A DNA stretch of 63,360 nt, the filler included, from a bacterium (lineage in GTDB: Bacteria > JAJRZV01): NCBI GenBank assembly GCA_024275095.1. It is 4 parts of 4 records of this genome, joined end to end, with 100 filler letters (N's around TTAATTAATTAA, not from the genome) between each part and the next. Parts side by side here need not be neighbours in the genome. Positions count along the whole stretch, not along the records: positions 42,643 to 55,708 come from JAJRZV010000136.1; positions 55,809 to 63,360 come from JAJRZV010000023.1; 2 more parts are not named here. The stretch is one strand, 5' to 3'. The translations under genes were made by a program, and so were the position numbers. This document shows positions 47,797-58,421 of this stretch, in pieces (the first letter of the stretch is position 1; each line of letters opens with the position of its first letter). Under the pieces are notes generated by a model. That model did not search any database. It saw nothing but the letters and a program-made list of their open reading frames with translations, and had not been told where the DNA came from.

Positions 47797-50664
47797 TTAA
47801 CGGCAGGTGTCATTATACACTGATACTTCTCCGGTGTTATCAGTTACAATGTAAACCCTCGCATAATTCATTGCCGGAAGTCGCAAGGTACTCAGATAAT
47901 AAGCGCGCCTGATATGATTAGAAGGACTTATGGCAGAAAGGTTCAGTGTGCTCGGGTCAGTCGCATTAAGTACAATAACCCCATTGTACTCCGTCGCCTC
48001 AACGAGATAACGTGAAATGGAAAGCCCACTTCCACCTTCTATGTAAAGCATATCCTTGATATTGTCTTTACTTCCTATGTCCCCTTCGAAAAGCTTTAGA
48101 AGATTGAGGTCAACATCATAGACTGCTGTCTTCAAATCCGTTCCCAAGGCGACGTAAAGATACTGGCCGTCAAAAGAGGCTGCCACAGCCGTTGGGTACA
48201 TGCTTGCAGGAAGGTACGCCTTGGCAACCGGTGACACCGTTCCCGACGGATTTGCTCCGTCAAAGCGATAGATACTTGTATTGGATATCACATAAACAGA
48301 GTCGCCTCCTGAAGCTATAAAGGTGTTACTACTATCGATAAAGGCCCCGCTCTGCGCCACGAGAGACAACACATCTCCTGTGCGTTTGTAAACTTTAAGT
48401 TGAAAGGCTGTTCCCGAGGGTGCACACATCCACAAATAGTCATCCGTGCCGGACGCATACGCGTCGAGGCATATCACATTACCTCCTCCTGATATAGTGG
48501 CAATACGTCGGGGGTTTTCCGGTTGTGTAATGGAATACACATAGACGCTGTTTCCCCCTGCAAGCGCGTAGAGGTACTGGTTCTCCGTCGTACTCAAGCG
48601 GGTAATAGAAGCCTCTTCATCAATACGTGCAATAATGGGGGGGACATCATTGGCAGCATCTATGTTCCTGAAATCAAACACACTGATTCCACCATCTCCT
48701 TCCGCAGTCAGCAATATTGCAGATGGTTCGAAACCTTCGAGATCTACAGGAACGTTGCTTAAATCAAGATGACTGTCAAATACAATTGAAGCAGGAGAGA
48801 GGTCATGAAGAGAAATACCTCTTCCCATACCTGCAGTGAGAACAATTTGCCTGCCACCCTGATCCGCTCTTGCAATTCCATAAGCTCTTCCCACACCTGT
48901 AGATGGGTACACACAGGTGATAGCACCCGGCAATCCTTCTTTCAGTTGAGAACAAAAGTGAGCATTGGACTCCACACAACCAGTGCCCGGGAGCACGTAT
49001 ATCTCCTCCCAGCCGTGGTAATCCCAGGCAATGTAAGCAACAGTATCAGAGAAGGGATACGCATCCCGTACAATTTTTGGATAATAGTGATTGTAATCAT
49101 ACCCGCCGTCGTAGTTATCGTTAAATTCGCATCCAGTAACCGGAGCCGGTGCTGATGTGAGAGGATCCGCATAAATAGAATACACCCTCAGCCCGAATGG
49201 ACAGTTTGTAGCAGTACAGGTGGGCCACTCCACCGCGTAAAGCAAACGCGAAGAGTCCATGATTTCCACCTTTTCGACAGGGTACGACTCCGGTCTGAAA
49301 TTAAAGCTGGCCGTTCCTATCACGCTGATGCTCGGGGACACCCTCACACGAGCTACAAAAAGTTTATTGGTGACATCCTCGCCATAGTGCGAGACAAACA
49401 CGTAGTGATCTCCACTCACTGCATCTTCCAGAACAGCGACGTCATTCAAAACGAGAGTTGTTCCAGCTCCCGTAAGCTGCCTTATGTTTATGATTTTGCA
49501 CTGATTAAATCCCTGAAAGTTATCGGGATCGCTGACATCACATGCGTATACCGTATCATAATCCTGCATGAGATACACCACCGTGACACCCGCCGGACTG
49601 TCCTCCACATCAAGTCTTCGAGTGTTCAGAGTGAGAGTATTTGAAGAAGGAATGAGCACGGGATTCGCCGGGTCACTGAGATCGTACATGCGTATTCCAC
49701 CGTAAGCAATGAACAGAACAGGCCTTGTTCCATAAAAATGGATCACCATATCTCCTGAAACAGCGGGAATCCGGGTAACAAACACCGGAGCATCCGGATC
49801 AGTCACGTCTATGATCCATGTGCCTCCACCTGAATGGTTGACCACGGCATAGAGCCTACCGTTGTAAGAAAGAGGTAAAATATCCTGCGATGAACCACCT
49901 GCCATAAAAGAATTAAAATAATCGAACACGCATGAACAGATAACCTGTTCACACTCGTCAGAGTCAAAATATCCACCATCATCAGCAGCACCTATCACAG
50001 GAGAATATATGCCGGAGGAAATGTAGCAGTAATCAAACGTGAACTCCTGTTCCCCGGTTCCTGTGAGAGTGGTATTGTAGTCGTAAATGCCGTCTCCATT
50101 TGTGTCCAGCATAATGGGCCCAAAATCTGCATCATCGTATACAACTGCACGAAATGTGTAGTTGCACGAACAGGAAGGCTGAGGATTAATCTGCCGTGAA
50201 TCACACTGTACAAAAAGAGGAAGGTTTTTTCGTACATTAACACTTGACCTTACAGAACACATCTGACCGTCAGACTTTAATGCTGTCACAACCACCGGAT
50301 AATCATTCTCAAGTGCCCCCGGAGCAACATTGAACACGTGGGTAAAACTTTCGCTGAATGTACTACCCGCCTCGTCATCAGAAAATTCACGTGAATAAAT
50401 CCAATCAAAGGAGTCTCCTGTTGCAACACCGATGAAAGAGTAGGGATTATCCTCTACCGTTACAGAGATATTCACCCTCATGGGTTCTCGACCCTGAAGA
50501 GGTGTAACGGAGAGAATTACATCCGGGCATTCGGAAGGCTTCGATTTGTCACACGAACAACCCGCATTTAAGTAAAGCGTTAATAAAAGAAATACTCCAC
50601 CTGCCGCAAATAGTGATCGTTGTTTATTCAATAAGCCGCCTATGTTCCAGGTTCCTTCATCCAC
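47797..50664 (-). CDS. Large lipoprotein with PKD/Ig-like domains and an LVIVD-like repeat beta-propeller
   Basis: LNAGCSC lipobox and repeats such as GTWIIDVTDPDAP, GIRMYDLSDPANP and VYVYSITQPENP. Confidence 0.7.
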   Translation of the reverse strand: MDEGTWNIGGLLNKQRSLFAAGGVFLLLTLYLNAGCSCDKSKPSECPDVILSVTPLQGREPMRVNISVTVEDNPYSFIGVATGDSFDWIYSREFSDDEAGSTFSESFTHVFNVAPGALENDYPVVVTALKSDGQMCSVRSSVNVRKNLPLFVQCDSRQINPQPSCSCNYTFRAVVYDDADFGPIMLDTNGDGIYDYNTTLTGTGEQEFTFDYCYISSGIYSPVIGAADDGGYFDSDECEQVICSCVFDYFNSFMAGGSSQDILPLSYNGRLYAVVNHSGGGTWIIDVTDPDAPVFVTRIPAVSGDMVIHFYGTRPVLFIAYGGIRMYDLSDPANPVLIPSSNTLTLNTRRLDVEDSPAGVTVVYLMQDYDTVYACDVSDPDNFQGFNQCKIINIRQLTGAGTTLVLNDVAVLEDAVSGDHYVFVSHYGEDVTNKLFVARVRVSPSISVIGTASFNFRPESYPVEKVEIMDSSRLLYAVEWPTCTATNCPFGLRVYSIYADPLTSAPAPVTGCEFNDNYDGGYDYNHYYPKIVRDAYPFSDTVAYIAWDYHGWEEIYVLPGTGCVESNAHFCSQLKEGLPGAITCVYPSTGVGRAYGIARADQGGRQIVLTAGMGRGISLHDLSPASIVFDSHLDLSNVPVDLEGFEPSAILLTAEGDGGISVFDFRNIDAANDVPPIIARIDEEASITRLSTTENQYLYALAGGNSVYVYSITQPENPRRIATISGGGNVICLDAYASGTDDYLWMCAPSGTAFQLKVYKRTGDVLSLVAQSGAFIDSSNTFIASGGDSVYVISNTSIYRFDGANPSGTVSPVAKAYLPASMYPTAVAASFDGQYLYVALGTDLKTAVYDVDLNLLKLFEGDIGSKDNIKDMLYIEGGSGLSISRYLVEATEYNGVIVLNATDPSTLNLSAISPSNHIRRAYYLSTLRLPAMNYARVYIVTDNTGEVSVYNDTCR

Positions 50665-53600
50665 GGCGCATTTTAAGATAGAAACCGCCCACGAAGACCA
50701 GCATCATCAGGAAAGTGACCATCATGCCGGTGTTACCTGTAGAATGTGTCATAACACATCCAAATGAAGAAAGAATCACGTCAGATTCACTTTCAGGAAC
50801 ACCGTCTGTTACCATGAAACGATATTTGATTTCACTGACGTTACCAAGGTCATCGAATGCCCTGATGCGGAGCGTGTGAATTCCGAGATCAAGATTTTCC
50901 AGCACCACCTTTCTGTTGAGTGTGGGTTCCGTCCATCCTTTCTCATCAAGATTGTAACTGACAGTTACCTTGTCATCCGGAGCCTGCCAGTCATGAGCAT
51001 AAATTTGAAATTCAAGTCGGCGCTCGTGTACCTCCGCCGGAATATTGGGAATGGTGGCAAGGTGAGGCCCCACCCGGTCAACACGGAAGGTGTAAACTGC
51101 CGGTGTTGCATCAATAAATCCATCAGTATCCTTAGCCATCACCTCCAGACGATGGGTGCCCTCGCGAATCACGGGGAAGGCTATGTTGTCAGATTTGAAG
51201 AAGGGTGACCACACCCCGTTATCTATCCGGTAGGAATACTGTATTTCAGAAGCAGGGGTCTTGTCATCCACCGCGGTGAAATACGCACCATAGGTTACAT
51301 CGTCAATAGGTTTAACCTCAGTAATAATTGTCTCCGGTATGGAAGAGGAAAGCTCGGAAGTCTCAGACGCCAGATCACCGGAAGGCGGGGCAAGGCCCAG
51401 GCTTCCAACATTCAAATCACTCAAACCCTCGAGAATATCGAAGACAAACTTCGCATCAATTCCGCTCTGCCAGAGATCTATGTACATGGCAAAGTAATTC
51501 CCTGCTGGGTCATCATCAGGGGTGGTGTCCCCTGCTGCTCCGATGACAGGCGCGGTAATGCTCAATTGAGCAGGTTTGATGAGGGGAGAGATGTCCAGAG
51601 TAACCGACATGTTTGCACCCATGATGCCGCTCAGCAGTATGGGCAATATATCCCCCATAAACTTTTCATAGTCGGCAGAAGTGGGATAAACGGTATTGGT
51701 TGTCTCAACAATATTGAGCACCGTGGGATCCAATACAAATCCGGCAAAAATGCGGAATGCAGTGGTTGTATCACACACAGGCGGGTTCACCACACCGCAA
51801 CGTTCTATATCCAGGCCCACGCCGATAAACAAATCGAGTTCCATGCGAAAGATTTTCTGCCATCCCGAAGCCTGTGTATCCACCCAGAAATCCAGGTACA
51901 TGTGAGGCACACGCATGATAAGGTCATTATACACGTAAAAAGTACCACCAGATGCTGTTGGTATGGAGGTTGCAGCCTCGGTGGTATACGCCCTGGTCTT
52001 ATCTGCGTTCAGAGAGGCTTCAAACATCGGCACCACAGAAATACGCATGTCCCTATCGGGCTCTTTCTGGGGCAAATCGGGCAGGAAAAAGCCAAAAACA
52101 TCTGTGTTAAGTACGGATGTTAAGGATTCTCCTATAGTGGGGGTATCACGATCAAGCGTGATGGACATAATTCCGTCTCTCAAAACTTCGTAAATAATTT
52201 CCGAAACCACCTGCTCGTGAAGGGCGACTCCTATATCATACCCAGCAGTTCCTACGGTGTTGCCGGTAAAAGGCAAGGTGTACCAATCCGTGGCAGTTGT
52301 GAAGGTGGTGGGCGGTAAAACAAGCACAGGTGCATAATCAGTTATCACTTCGATGTACGAATCTGAGCAGAAATTCGACGTGGCCACGCAGCCGATTGTC
52401 CCGGCTCCATTGTAGCACGGGTCACACACCCAGTTAGACGAAAGCCTGGGATCCACATTGAGCGCATTTAACCAGTAGGTATCTATATTAAGCTGTCCCA
52501 GGATCATGCCCCCGTTGTAACTCCCTCCCCACGGCCTGTAACAGTACCACGCATTCGCAGCCACGTCGTAACCGATGTAGTCATAGCCGATGGGATGAGT
52601 GATTCCTCCCCTCCATACGGCAGAGACCGGGTCATAATAAGGATTTTGAAGGGTACTGGTTAAATCAAACGCGCGGGTGCATCCAACGTACTGATCCAGC
52701 GCGCTGGAAATGGTGCTATCGAACCATGCACGAAATTCTGCATCGAAAAACGGCACGACCTGCGTGAGCTGTTCTGTTGCATCGCAGTCACACCAGAGGT
52801 CTGAACACCCAACAGTGGTAGGGTCTGCATAGGTAGAGGATATGGCATCGGTATAGTCCGGGTACCCGTCACCGTCACTGTCCGGGCACTGGTTGGTGCC
52901 TGACGACACCGTGCAATCCGCGCCGTCAAGGCATTCACAATTATCCGGTACCTGCCAGTCATACTGAAACTGAGCCCCCACGTAAATATCCCCCATACAA
53001 ATATTCAAATACTGGGTGTGGGGATCAGTGCTTTCCTTGTGCTGGAGCGCAGGTGCCAGTTCCACATCCAGGGAAACCCCACACGGTGGGTTGGGGCAGT
53101 ACAGGGAAGTCCCGGCCTTGGCGTCAACGTATATATAATCGTCACACCGGGTAGATGCAGGACCGGCAAGCCAGTTGGGATCTGACGTAACAGGTGCAGT
53201 CCACGGACGGCCAAACCGCAGTTCCAACTCGATGTCTTTGAGGAAGATATGAAAATGAATGGCATCGTCTGTATCAGAGGTATCGTAAGGAAAACAGGTA
53301 TCCGGCAGATCAGTCTCAGTTCCTTCGGTCGAGTACATCACTGCATTACTACCATTGGGGGGTGGCGTTGAATAATCATACTGAACAACCCATGGATCAC
53401 TGTCAATGTTCTGCAACTGCACGGCAAAACAGACATTTCCAAGCAGAGGGATATCCATGCACTCATCCATTAACCAGTCGGGCTCCCATCCCTTGCAGTA
53501 CATGTAGTCATCCTGGCCATCGTCACATCCCGTGGTTCCCACGCTTGCGGCCGGAGAACCTGCCTCGCATGAGCCCGTAAAATTCGCGGAAGAACACACT

Positions 53601-53902
53601 GTATCACCATTATCATCCTGGTAACAGAGCTTGCCCTCCCAGCAAAACTCCACGGGAGTCGAGTAATTATCATCATCAGTGAAGCGCCGGAACAAAAGAT
53701 CAAGGTAATTCTGGGTCAAGCTGTTATTGATGACGTTGGCAAGGATTTCATTGATAAACCCGAATCCTGTATCCGTAATGGCCACAACAATGTTATTGGT
53801 CATGGAACCTGCAAACGTGGATGCTCGGGCTTCTAACGAAAACCCTGCGACAAAAATCATACTGATAATACTTATTAGAAATCCTTTTTTAATCATTTCC
53901 AT
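50657..53902 (-). CDS. Large secreted Cys/Asp-rich protein, possible BPI/LBP-like fold, two C-terminal Ig-like domains and a CTERM-like sorting tail
   Basis: Signal peptide, DSDGDG Ca-type motif, QYSYRIDNG.W...G.H..EV.A.D domains, and a tail of FGC-spacer-TM-KMRRG. Confidence 0.7.
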   Translation of the reverse strand: MEMIKKGFLISIISMIFVAGFSLEARASTFAGSMTNNIVVAITDTGFGFINEILANVINNSLTQNYLDLLFRRFTDDDNYSTPVEFCWEGKLCYQDDNGDTVCSSANFTGSCEAGSPAASVGTTGCDDGQDDYMYCKGWEPDWLMDECMDIPLLGNVCFAVQLQNIDSDPWVVQYDYSTPPPNGSNAVMYSTEGTETDLPDTCFPYDTSDTDDAIHFHIFLKDIELELRFGRPWTAPVTSDPNWLAGPASTRCDDYIYVDAKAGTSLYCPNPPCGVSLDVELAPALQHKESTDPHTQYLNICMGDIYVGAQFQYDWQVPDNCECLDGADCTVSSGTNQCPDSDGDGYPDYTDAISSTYADPTTVGCSDLWCDCDATEQLTQVVPFFDAEFRAWFDSTISSALDQYVGCTRAFDLTSTLQNPYYDPVSAVWRGGITHPIGYDYIGYDVAANAWYCYRPWGGSYNGGMILGQLNIDTYWLNALNVDPRLSSNWVCDPCYNGAGTIGCVATSNFCSDSYIEVITDYAPVLVLPPTTFTTATDWYTLPFTGNTVGTAGYDIGVALHEQVVSEIIYEVLRDGIMSITLDRDTPTIGESLTSVLNTDVFGFFLPDLPQKEPDRDMRISVVPMFEASLNADKTRAYTTEAATSIPTASGGTFYVYNDLIMRVPHMYLDFWVDTQASGWQKIFRMELDLFIGVGLDIERCGVVNPPVCDTTTAFRIFAGFVLDPTVLNIVETTNTVYPTSADYEKFMGDILPILLSGIMGANMSVTLDISPLIKPAQLSITAPVIGAAGDTTPDDDPAGNYFAMYIDLWQSGIDAKFVFDILEGLSDLNVGSLGLAPPSGDLASETSELSSSIPETIITEVKPIDDVTYGAYFTAVDDKTPASEIQYSYRIDNGVWSPFFKSDNIAFPVIREGTHRLEVMAKDTDGFIDATPAVYTFRVDRVGPHLATIPNIPAEVHERRLEFQIYAHDWQAPDDKVTVSYNLDEKGWTEPTLNRKVVLENLDLGIHTLRIRAFDDLGNVSEIKYRFMVTDGVPESESDVILSSFGCVMTHSTGNTGMMVTFLMMLVFVGGFYLKMRRG

Positions 53903-54011
53903 ACCCCCCGGGCATAGCTGTAATTTTATTATCTTACAAAACCTCTCTCCAAGTCAAGATTTACACGGTCTCCATTTCCACAAGCAAGGGTGACATTTAA
54001 AATTATCCGCC

Positions 54012-55133
54012 TTAACTCTCCGTCACACTTCCTTCTATCTCACCGACCAGCTGAACATGTTTTTCCGATTTAACGATATTGAGATCAAGGGGAGGTAATT
54101 CTTTTCGATTTTTTGTCATTTCTTCACGTATTTCATCAATCCAGCCTGAAGAAAGCATCAAGCGTTTCTCAGGAATTATATTCTTTTTCACCGCATCAAA
54201 CAGTGCTGACGCCACTTCCTCTACGCATTCATACCGGCTCACGATCAGCATATCCACCCCTGCATCCACTGCTTTCACCGCGGCTTCACCAATGCTTCCC
54301 CATCTCTCGACAGCACCCATGTTGAGGTCATCACTGAAAACAAGGCCGTCAAAGTCAAGATCGCGCCTCAGAATTTCCATTACAACCTTCCGTGAAAATG
54401 TTGCAGGAGAAAATGAATCAATTACTTCGTATACCACGTGGGCCGTCATTATGGAAAATACGCGATTCTCAATCAAATGTACGAAGGGACGCAAATGAAC
54501 CTCCTGAACTTCTTTCCAAGACAACCTGCACACGGGCAGACTCTTGTGTGAATCTTCCGCAACCGTTCCATGCCCGGGAAAATGCTTTGCGCATGCAATG
54601 ATACCCTGGTCCTGAAAAGCCGCCGCGTAAATGAGCCCGAGCTCGGAAACAGTAAGCGCACTGCTGCTGAAGGATCTATCACCAATAACCTCGTTCCCGT
54701 CAGATGAAGTGACATCCACTACAGGAGCAAAGTTCACATTAATACCTGATTCACGAAGTTCCACTGCCATGGATGCCGCCATCTCATAAACTTTTCTTAC
54801 ATCCCCGCCCTGTTCAAAATATCGTCCTACCACAGCAGGAGCGGGGTACCTGGTATATCCCTTCTTAAGACGCTGTACCCTGCCGCCCTCCTGATCCACG
54901 CATATAAGTGGACTCTTCCCGGCTGTAAAGGCAATCCTATCAGTGAGGTCCCTCACCTGTTGGGGAGACTCACAATTCTTTTCAAAAAGAACCACTCCTC
55001 CGATACCTTCTTTTATAAGCTTTCTCAAATCTGAATCCACATCTTTCCCCTCAAATCCTGTGACGATAAGGTTCATAACCGCCCTTTTAAGATCTGCGTT
55101 CTTCAATGTTCCCCCTTTTAAGTCTTTTATCAC
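54012..55133 (-). CDS. nagZ: Beta-N-acetylhexosaminidase (GH3)
   Basis: Motifs VDQEGGRVQR, NFAPVVD, KHFPGHG...DSH and SDDLNM. Start uncertain. Confidence 0.92.
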   Translation of the reverse strand: MIKDLKGGTLKNADLKRAVMNLIVTGFEGKDVDSDLRKLIKEGIGGVVLFEKNCESPQQVRDLTDRIAFTAGKSPLICVDQEGGRVQRLKKGYTRYPAPAVVGRYFEQGGDVRKVYEMAASMAVELRESGINVNFAPVVDVTSSDGNEVIGDRSFSSSALTVSELGLIYAAAFQDQGIIACAKHFPGHGTVAEDSHKSLPVCRLSWKEVQEVHLRPFVHLIENRVFSIMTAHVVYEVIDSFSPATFSRKVVMEILRRDLDFDGLVFSDDLNMGAVERWGSIGEAAVKAVDAGVDMLIVSRYECVEEVASALFDAVKKNIIPEKRLMLSSGWIDEIREEMTKNRKELPPLDLNIVKSEKHVQLVGEIEGSVTES

Positions 55134-55181
55134 ACAGTGTATTACGGAGTAGCTCGCCTCTCAATGCTTTGAAAACTTAAA

Positions 55182-55708
55182 TTATATCTTCTCCGCGATT
55201 TTGTGGAGAGAGAAAACCACAGAAAAAAACAACAACCCAGGCAAAATTACAGCAAAAGGCTGAAGTAATAGATATTCCGTGCCCTCAGCAATGATACGAC
55301 CGATACTTTCTGTCTCCGGGGGACCCACTCCCAGAAAACTTAGAGACGCCTCTGTAAGCATGCTTCCTGCTACGGTAAGAAGCACCTGGACTCTCACACC
55401 GCTTTCAATCTGAGGAAAAACGTGATAAAGAAGCGTACGCCCCGGGGATGCTCCGGTAGAGACATTCGCTGCCACAAAATCCTGTGATACAACTCTCATT
55501 GCTATACCTCGACTGATACGGGCGAAACCAACCCATGCAAAAGAAGCAATGGCCAGAATTACATTGGTAAATGAAGGTCCCAGAAAAGCGGCGAATGCCA
55601 GTGCAAGTAAAAATCCGGGGAAAGCCTGAAACACTTCCAGAACTCTCATAAACACCGCATCAACCAATCCTCCTGCGTAACCCGAGAGTATCCCGCAAAA
55701 GGTTCCGA
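55182..55708 (-). CDS. Peptide/nickel ABC transporter permease (DppC/OppC-like), 5' partial
   Basis: Motifs AFPGFLLAL, W..FARI.RG, GAS..R....HVFP and EASLSFLG.G. Confidence 0.85.
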
Positions 55709-55808
55709 NNNNNNNNNNNNNNNNNNNNNNNNNNNNNNNNNNNNNNNNNNNNTTAATTAATTAANNNNNNNNNNNNNNNNNNNNNNNNNNNNNNNNNNNN
55801 NNNNNNNN
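55709..55808. other. Artificial assembly spacer
   Basis: N-run with TTAATTAATTAA. Confidence 0.98.
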
Positions 55809-56342
55809 AAGGTGAAACTCTTTTCAGAAGATGGGAAACCCCTGCGCTTCTGGCACATAGGGCGCGTGGGTGAGATATGCGTAAAAGGCAAAACAGTGAT
55901 GAAGGGGTATATGGTCGGTGGGCAGCTCAAGCGTGATAATTTTTACGGTGATTGGATGCGCACCGGTGACCTTGCTCGCAAACGGCTTTTTGGATTTACC
56001 TTTGTGGGCCGGGAGAAGGACAGACTCAAAGTGGGTGGATACTCCGTCTTCCCCGCGGAAGTGGAAGCGGAACTGCGGGCTCATCCGGATATTGAAGATG
56101 CAGTGGTGTTTCCCATCCCCCACGAAGTGAAAGGGGAGCTCCCTCTCGCTGCTGTGAAACTGAGAGAAGGTGCTTCTCTTACAGAAGAAGCGCTTATGGA
56201 ATGGATTAAAAACAATATCGCTCCGTATAAAGCACCGCGTAAGGTTGTTTTTGTCCCTGAATTTCCCAGGAATCTCACCCTGAAGGTGCTCAGGACTGAA
56301 TTGAGCAATCAGTACAGACATCTTGCAGCTGAGTTTCAGTGA
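55809..56342 (+). CDS. Acyl-CoA synthetase / AMP-binding enzyme C-terminus (partial)
   Basis: Motifs GEICVKG..VMKGY, W.RTGDL, GR.KD..KVGG..VFPAEVE and YKAPR. Confidence 0.9.
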   Translation, partial: KVKLFSEDGKPLRFWHIGRVGEICVKGKTVMKGYMVGGQLKRDNFYGDWMRTGDLARKRLFGFTFVGREKDRLKVGGYSVFPAEVEAELRAHPDIEDAVVFPIPHEVKGELPLAAVKLREGASLTEEALMEWIKNNIAPYKAPRKVVFVPEFPRNLTLKVLRTELSNQYRHLAAEFQ

Positions 56343-57673
56343 AGGCATCACCCACAAAGCTGAAATATAAACCTGTAGTTCGGGTTCTTCTTTCGCTCGG
56401 CCTTTTTCTGCACATTGTGTTGTGGATATATATCCTCGTATATTTGCGCAGGTTCAGGCTGCTCTCTTACCACGGATTTCGACAGCGAATGCGTCGGCTC
56501 AATGAGAAGAATGCCCGGCGTGTATACAGACTCATGGCTTATTTAGAAGGGCTTTTTATCAAAGTGGGACAATTCATCAGCACGCGATTTGATATTTTGC
56601 CCAAAGAATATACTAAGGAACTTGCGCGCCTCCAGGATGAAGTGCCTCCTCGTCCGTTTGAGGAAATGCGAAAAGTGATTGAGGGTGAACTGGGAAAATC
56701 TCTGGAAGAAGTTTTTGAAAAAATTGACAGTGAACCGGTGGCATCTGCTTCGCTTGCCCAGGTGCATCACGCTATTTTGAATGACGGTCGTGAAGTGGCT
56801 GTCAAGGTTCAGTATCCCAACATTGACAAAATCGTTCGTGTGGACCTGAAGGTACTCAAAATTATTCTGCGCATTCTTTCCAGGCTTCAGAACACGGGTG
56901 ATCTGACACCCATATACAGAGAATTTGAAAGGTACATTTCCTGGGAACTCGACTTTGTAAAGGAAGGTCATAACGCTGACCGCGTGCGAAAAAATTTTAG
57001 TGATGATCCCACCGTGATTGTTCCTGAGGTGATATGGGAACTAACTCGTCCTAAATTACTCGTGCTTGAATATATTCACGGGGTGAAGGTGACTGACAAA
57101 GAAGCAGCACTCCGTTTTGGTTTCACTCCAAAAGAATTGATGGAGAAAGTGGTCTCGGTATATTTTACTCAGATTCTCAAACACGGTTTTTTTCAGGCCG
57201 ATCCTCACCCCGGCAACATTTTTGTGTGCCCTGATGGAAAAATCGCACTGCTGGATTTTGGGCTGTCCAAAGAACTTGCACCGGGACTTATCAGTGGCCT
57301 CATGCGTTTTGTTCAGGGGGTGGCGAATGCCGATGAAAAAACAGTGGTAGAGGCCCTGTGGGAGATGGGATTTTCTACAAAGGATAGACGTAAAGAAGGC
57401 CTGGAAGATTTTGCCCGGTTTGTCGTGAGATACGGCCGCGGGGCTGTAATGAAGAGTGCTCGAAAGCTTAATTATCAAAGAATTGTTCAGGAGCTCGTTG
57501 AGATGAGCCGCAAGAATCCTATGGTTAGAATGCCGACGGACCTTTTGCTTCTTGGGCGTGTATTTGGACACCTTATGGGGCTGGGGCGATACTACAAGGT
57601 ACGGTTGAATTTTGAAAAGATACTGGCGGATTTTTTCCCTGTGCGGTGGAGAGGGTCGCCAGGAGAAGCGTGA
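56339..57673 (+). CDS. ABC1/UbiB (AarF) family atypical kinase
   Basis: Motifs FIKVGQ, LQDEVPP, ASASLAQVH, VAVKVQYP, ADPHPGN and LLDFG. Confidence 0.92.
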   Translation: MKASPTKLKYKPVVRVLLSLGLFLHIVLWIYILVYLRRFRLLSYHGFRQRMRRLNEKNARRVYRLMAYLEGLFIKVGQFISTRFDILPKEYTKELARLQDEVPPRPFEEMRKVIEGELGKSLEEVFEKIDSEPVASASLAQVHHAILNDGREVAVKVQYPNIDKIVRVDLKVLKIILRILSRLQNTGDLTPIYREFERYISWELDFVKEGHNADRVRKNFSDDPTVIVPEVIWELTRPKLLVLEYIHGVKVTDKEAALRFGFTPKELMEKVVSVYFTQILKHGFFQADPHPGNIFVCPDGKIALLDFGLSKELAPGLISGLMRFVQGVANADEKTVVEALWEMGFSTKDRRKEGLEDFARFVVRYGRGAVMKSARKLNYQRIVQELVEMSRKNPMVRMPTDLLLLGRVFGHLMGLGRYYKVRLNFEKILADFFPVRWRGSPGEA

Positions 57674-57719
57674 GACAGTTGACGGTAAGGGTTTCGACCT
57701 GATAAAAATAAACGTTCAA

Positions 57720-57792
57720 GAGCCGTTAGCTCAGCAGGAAGAGCACCGGCCTTTTAAGCCGGGGGTCCCAGGTTCGAGGCCTGGACGGCTCA
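57720..57792 (+). tRNA. tRNA-Lys(TTT), CCA not encoded
   Basis: Acceptor GAGCCGT/ACGGCTC, anticodon arm CCGGC-CTTTTAA-GCCGG and T-arm GTTCGA. Confidence 0.93.
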
Positions 57793-57799
57793 AGGAGAT

Positions 57800-57874
57800 G
57801 TCCCCGTCGTCTAGCCAGGTCAAGGACACGGGCCTTTCGAGCCCGCGGCACGGGTTCAAATCCCGTCGGGGACA
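57800..57874 (+). tRNA. tRNA-Glu(TTC), CCA not encoded
   Basis: Acceptor GTCCCCG/CGGGGAC, anticodon arm CGGGC-CTTTCGA-GCCCG and T-loop GTTCAAAT. Confidence 0.93.
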
Positions 57875-58119
57875 TTAAGGCGTTATTGGTAGTAGAGGGG
57901 TAAATTTCTTTTTTATTTTCCGTGTTTATTTTCCGTGGTAGAAGGGATGGGGTAGGGATTTGAACCCGTCGCAGAGCGTGGAGGGCGGAGCCCAGATATA
58001 ATGCGCGGTGGGTGGTGTGTGTATGAAAAATATATTTTTTACGGTTAAAAAGGTGCCCCAAGAGTAATTGTGTGTCTGTGGTGATTTTGATAAGATTCAA
58101 ATAAATGCTTTTTGTGCAA

Positions 58120-58207
58120 GGAGAGGTGGCCGAGTGGTCGAAGGCGACCGCCTGCTAAGCGGTTTCCCGCCAAAAGCGGGACGTGGGTTCGAATCCCACC
58201 CTCTCCG
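58120..58207 (+). tRNA. tRNA-Ser(GCT), CCA not encoded
   Basis: Acceptor GGAGAGG/CCTCTCC, anticodon arm ACCGC-CTGCTAA-GCGGT and a long variable arm. Confidence 0.93.
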
Positions 58208-58421
58208 GTAAAGGATTCATTGAAGAAGGTTTGTTGCTGGTTTTGATATTGAATTATTCATGATGTTAAAGTGGGATTCGAACGCACGTCTGGCGTAGCC
58301 AGGATAAAGCGAAGCAATATGTAAGAGGCGCGGGCAGTAGCAGGGGGCAACCGAGGGGTATAGGTTTGAGGTAGTACAGCAGGTTTTAAGATGAAAGGTT
58401 TGAGCGGTAGCGCGCCTGTGC

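Noticed and set aside
24972-55808. Three identical TTAATTAATTAA motifs within N-runs
   Set aside because: Artificial contig linkers. Adjacency across them carries no biological meaning, so no cross-gap operons were inferred.
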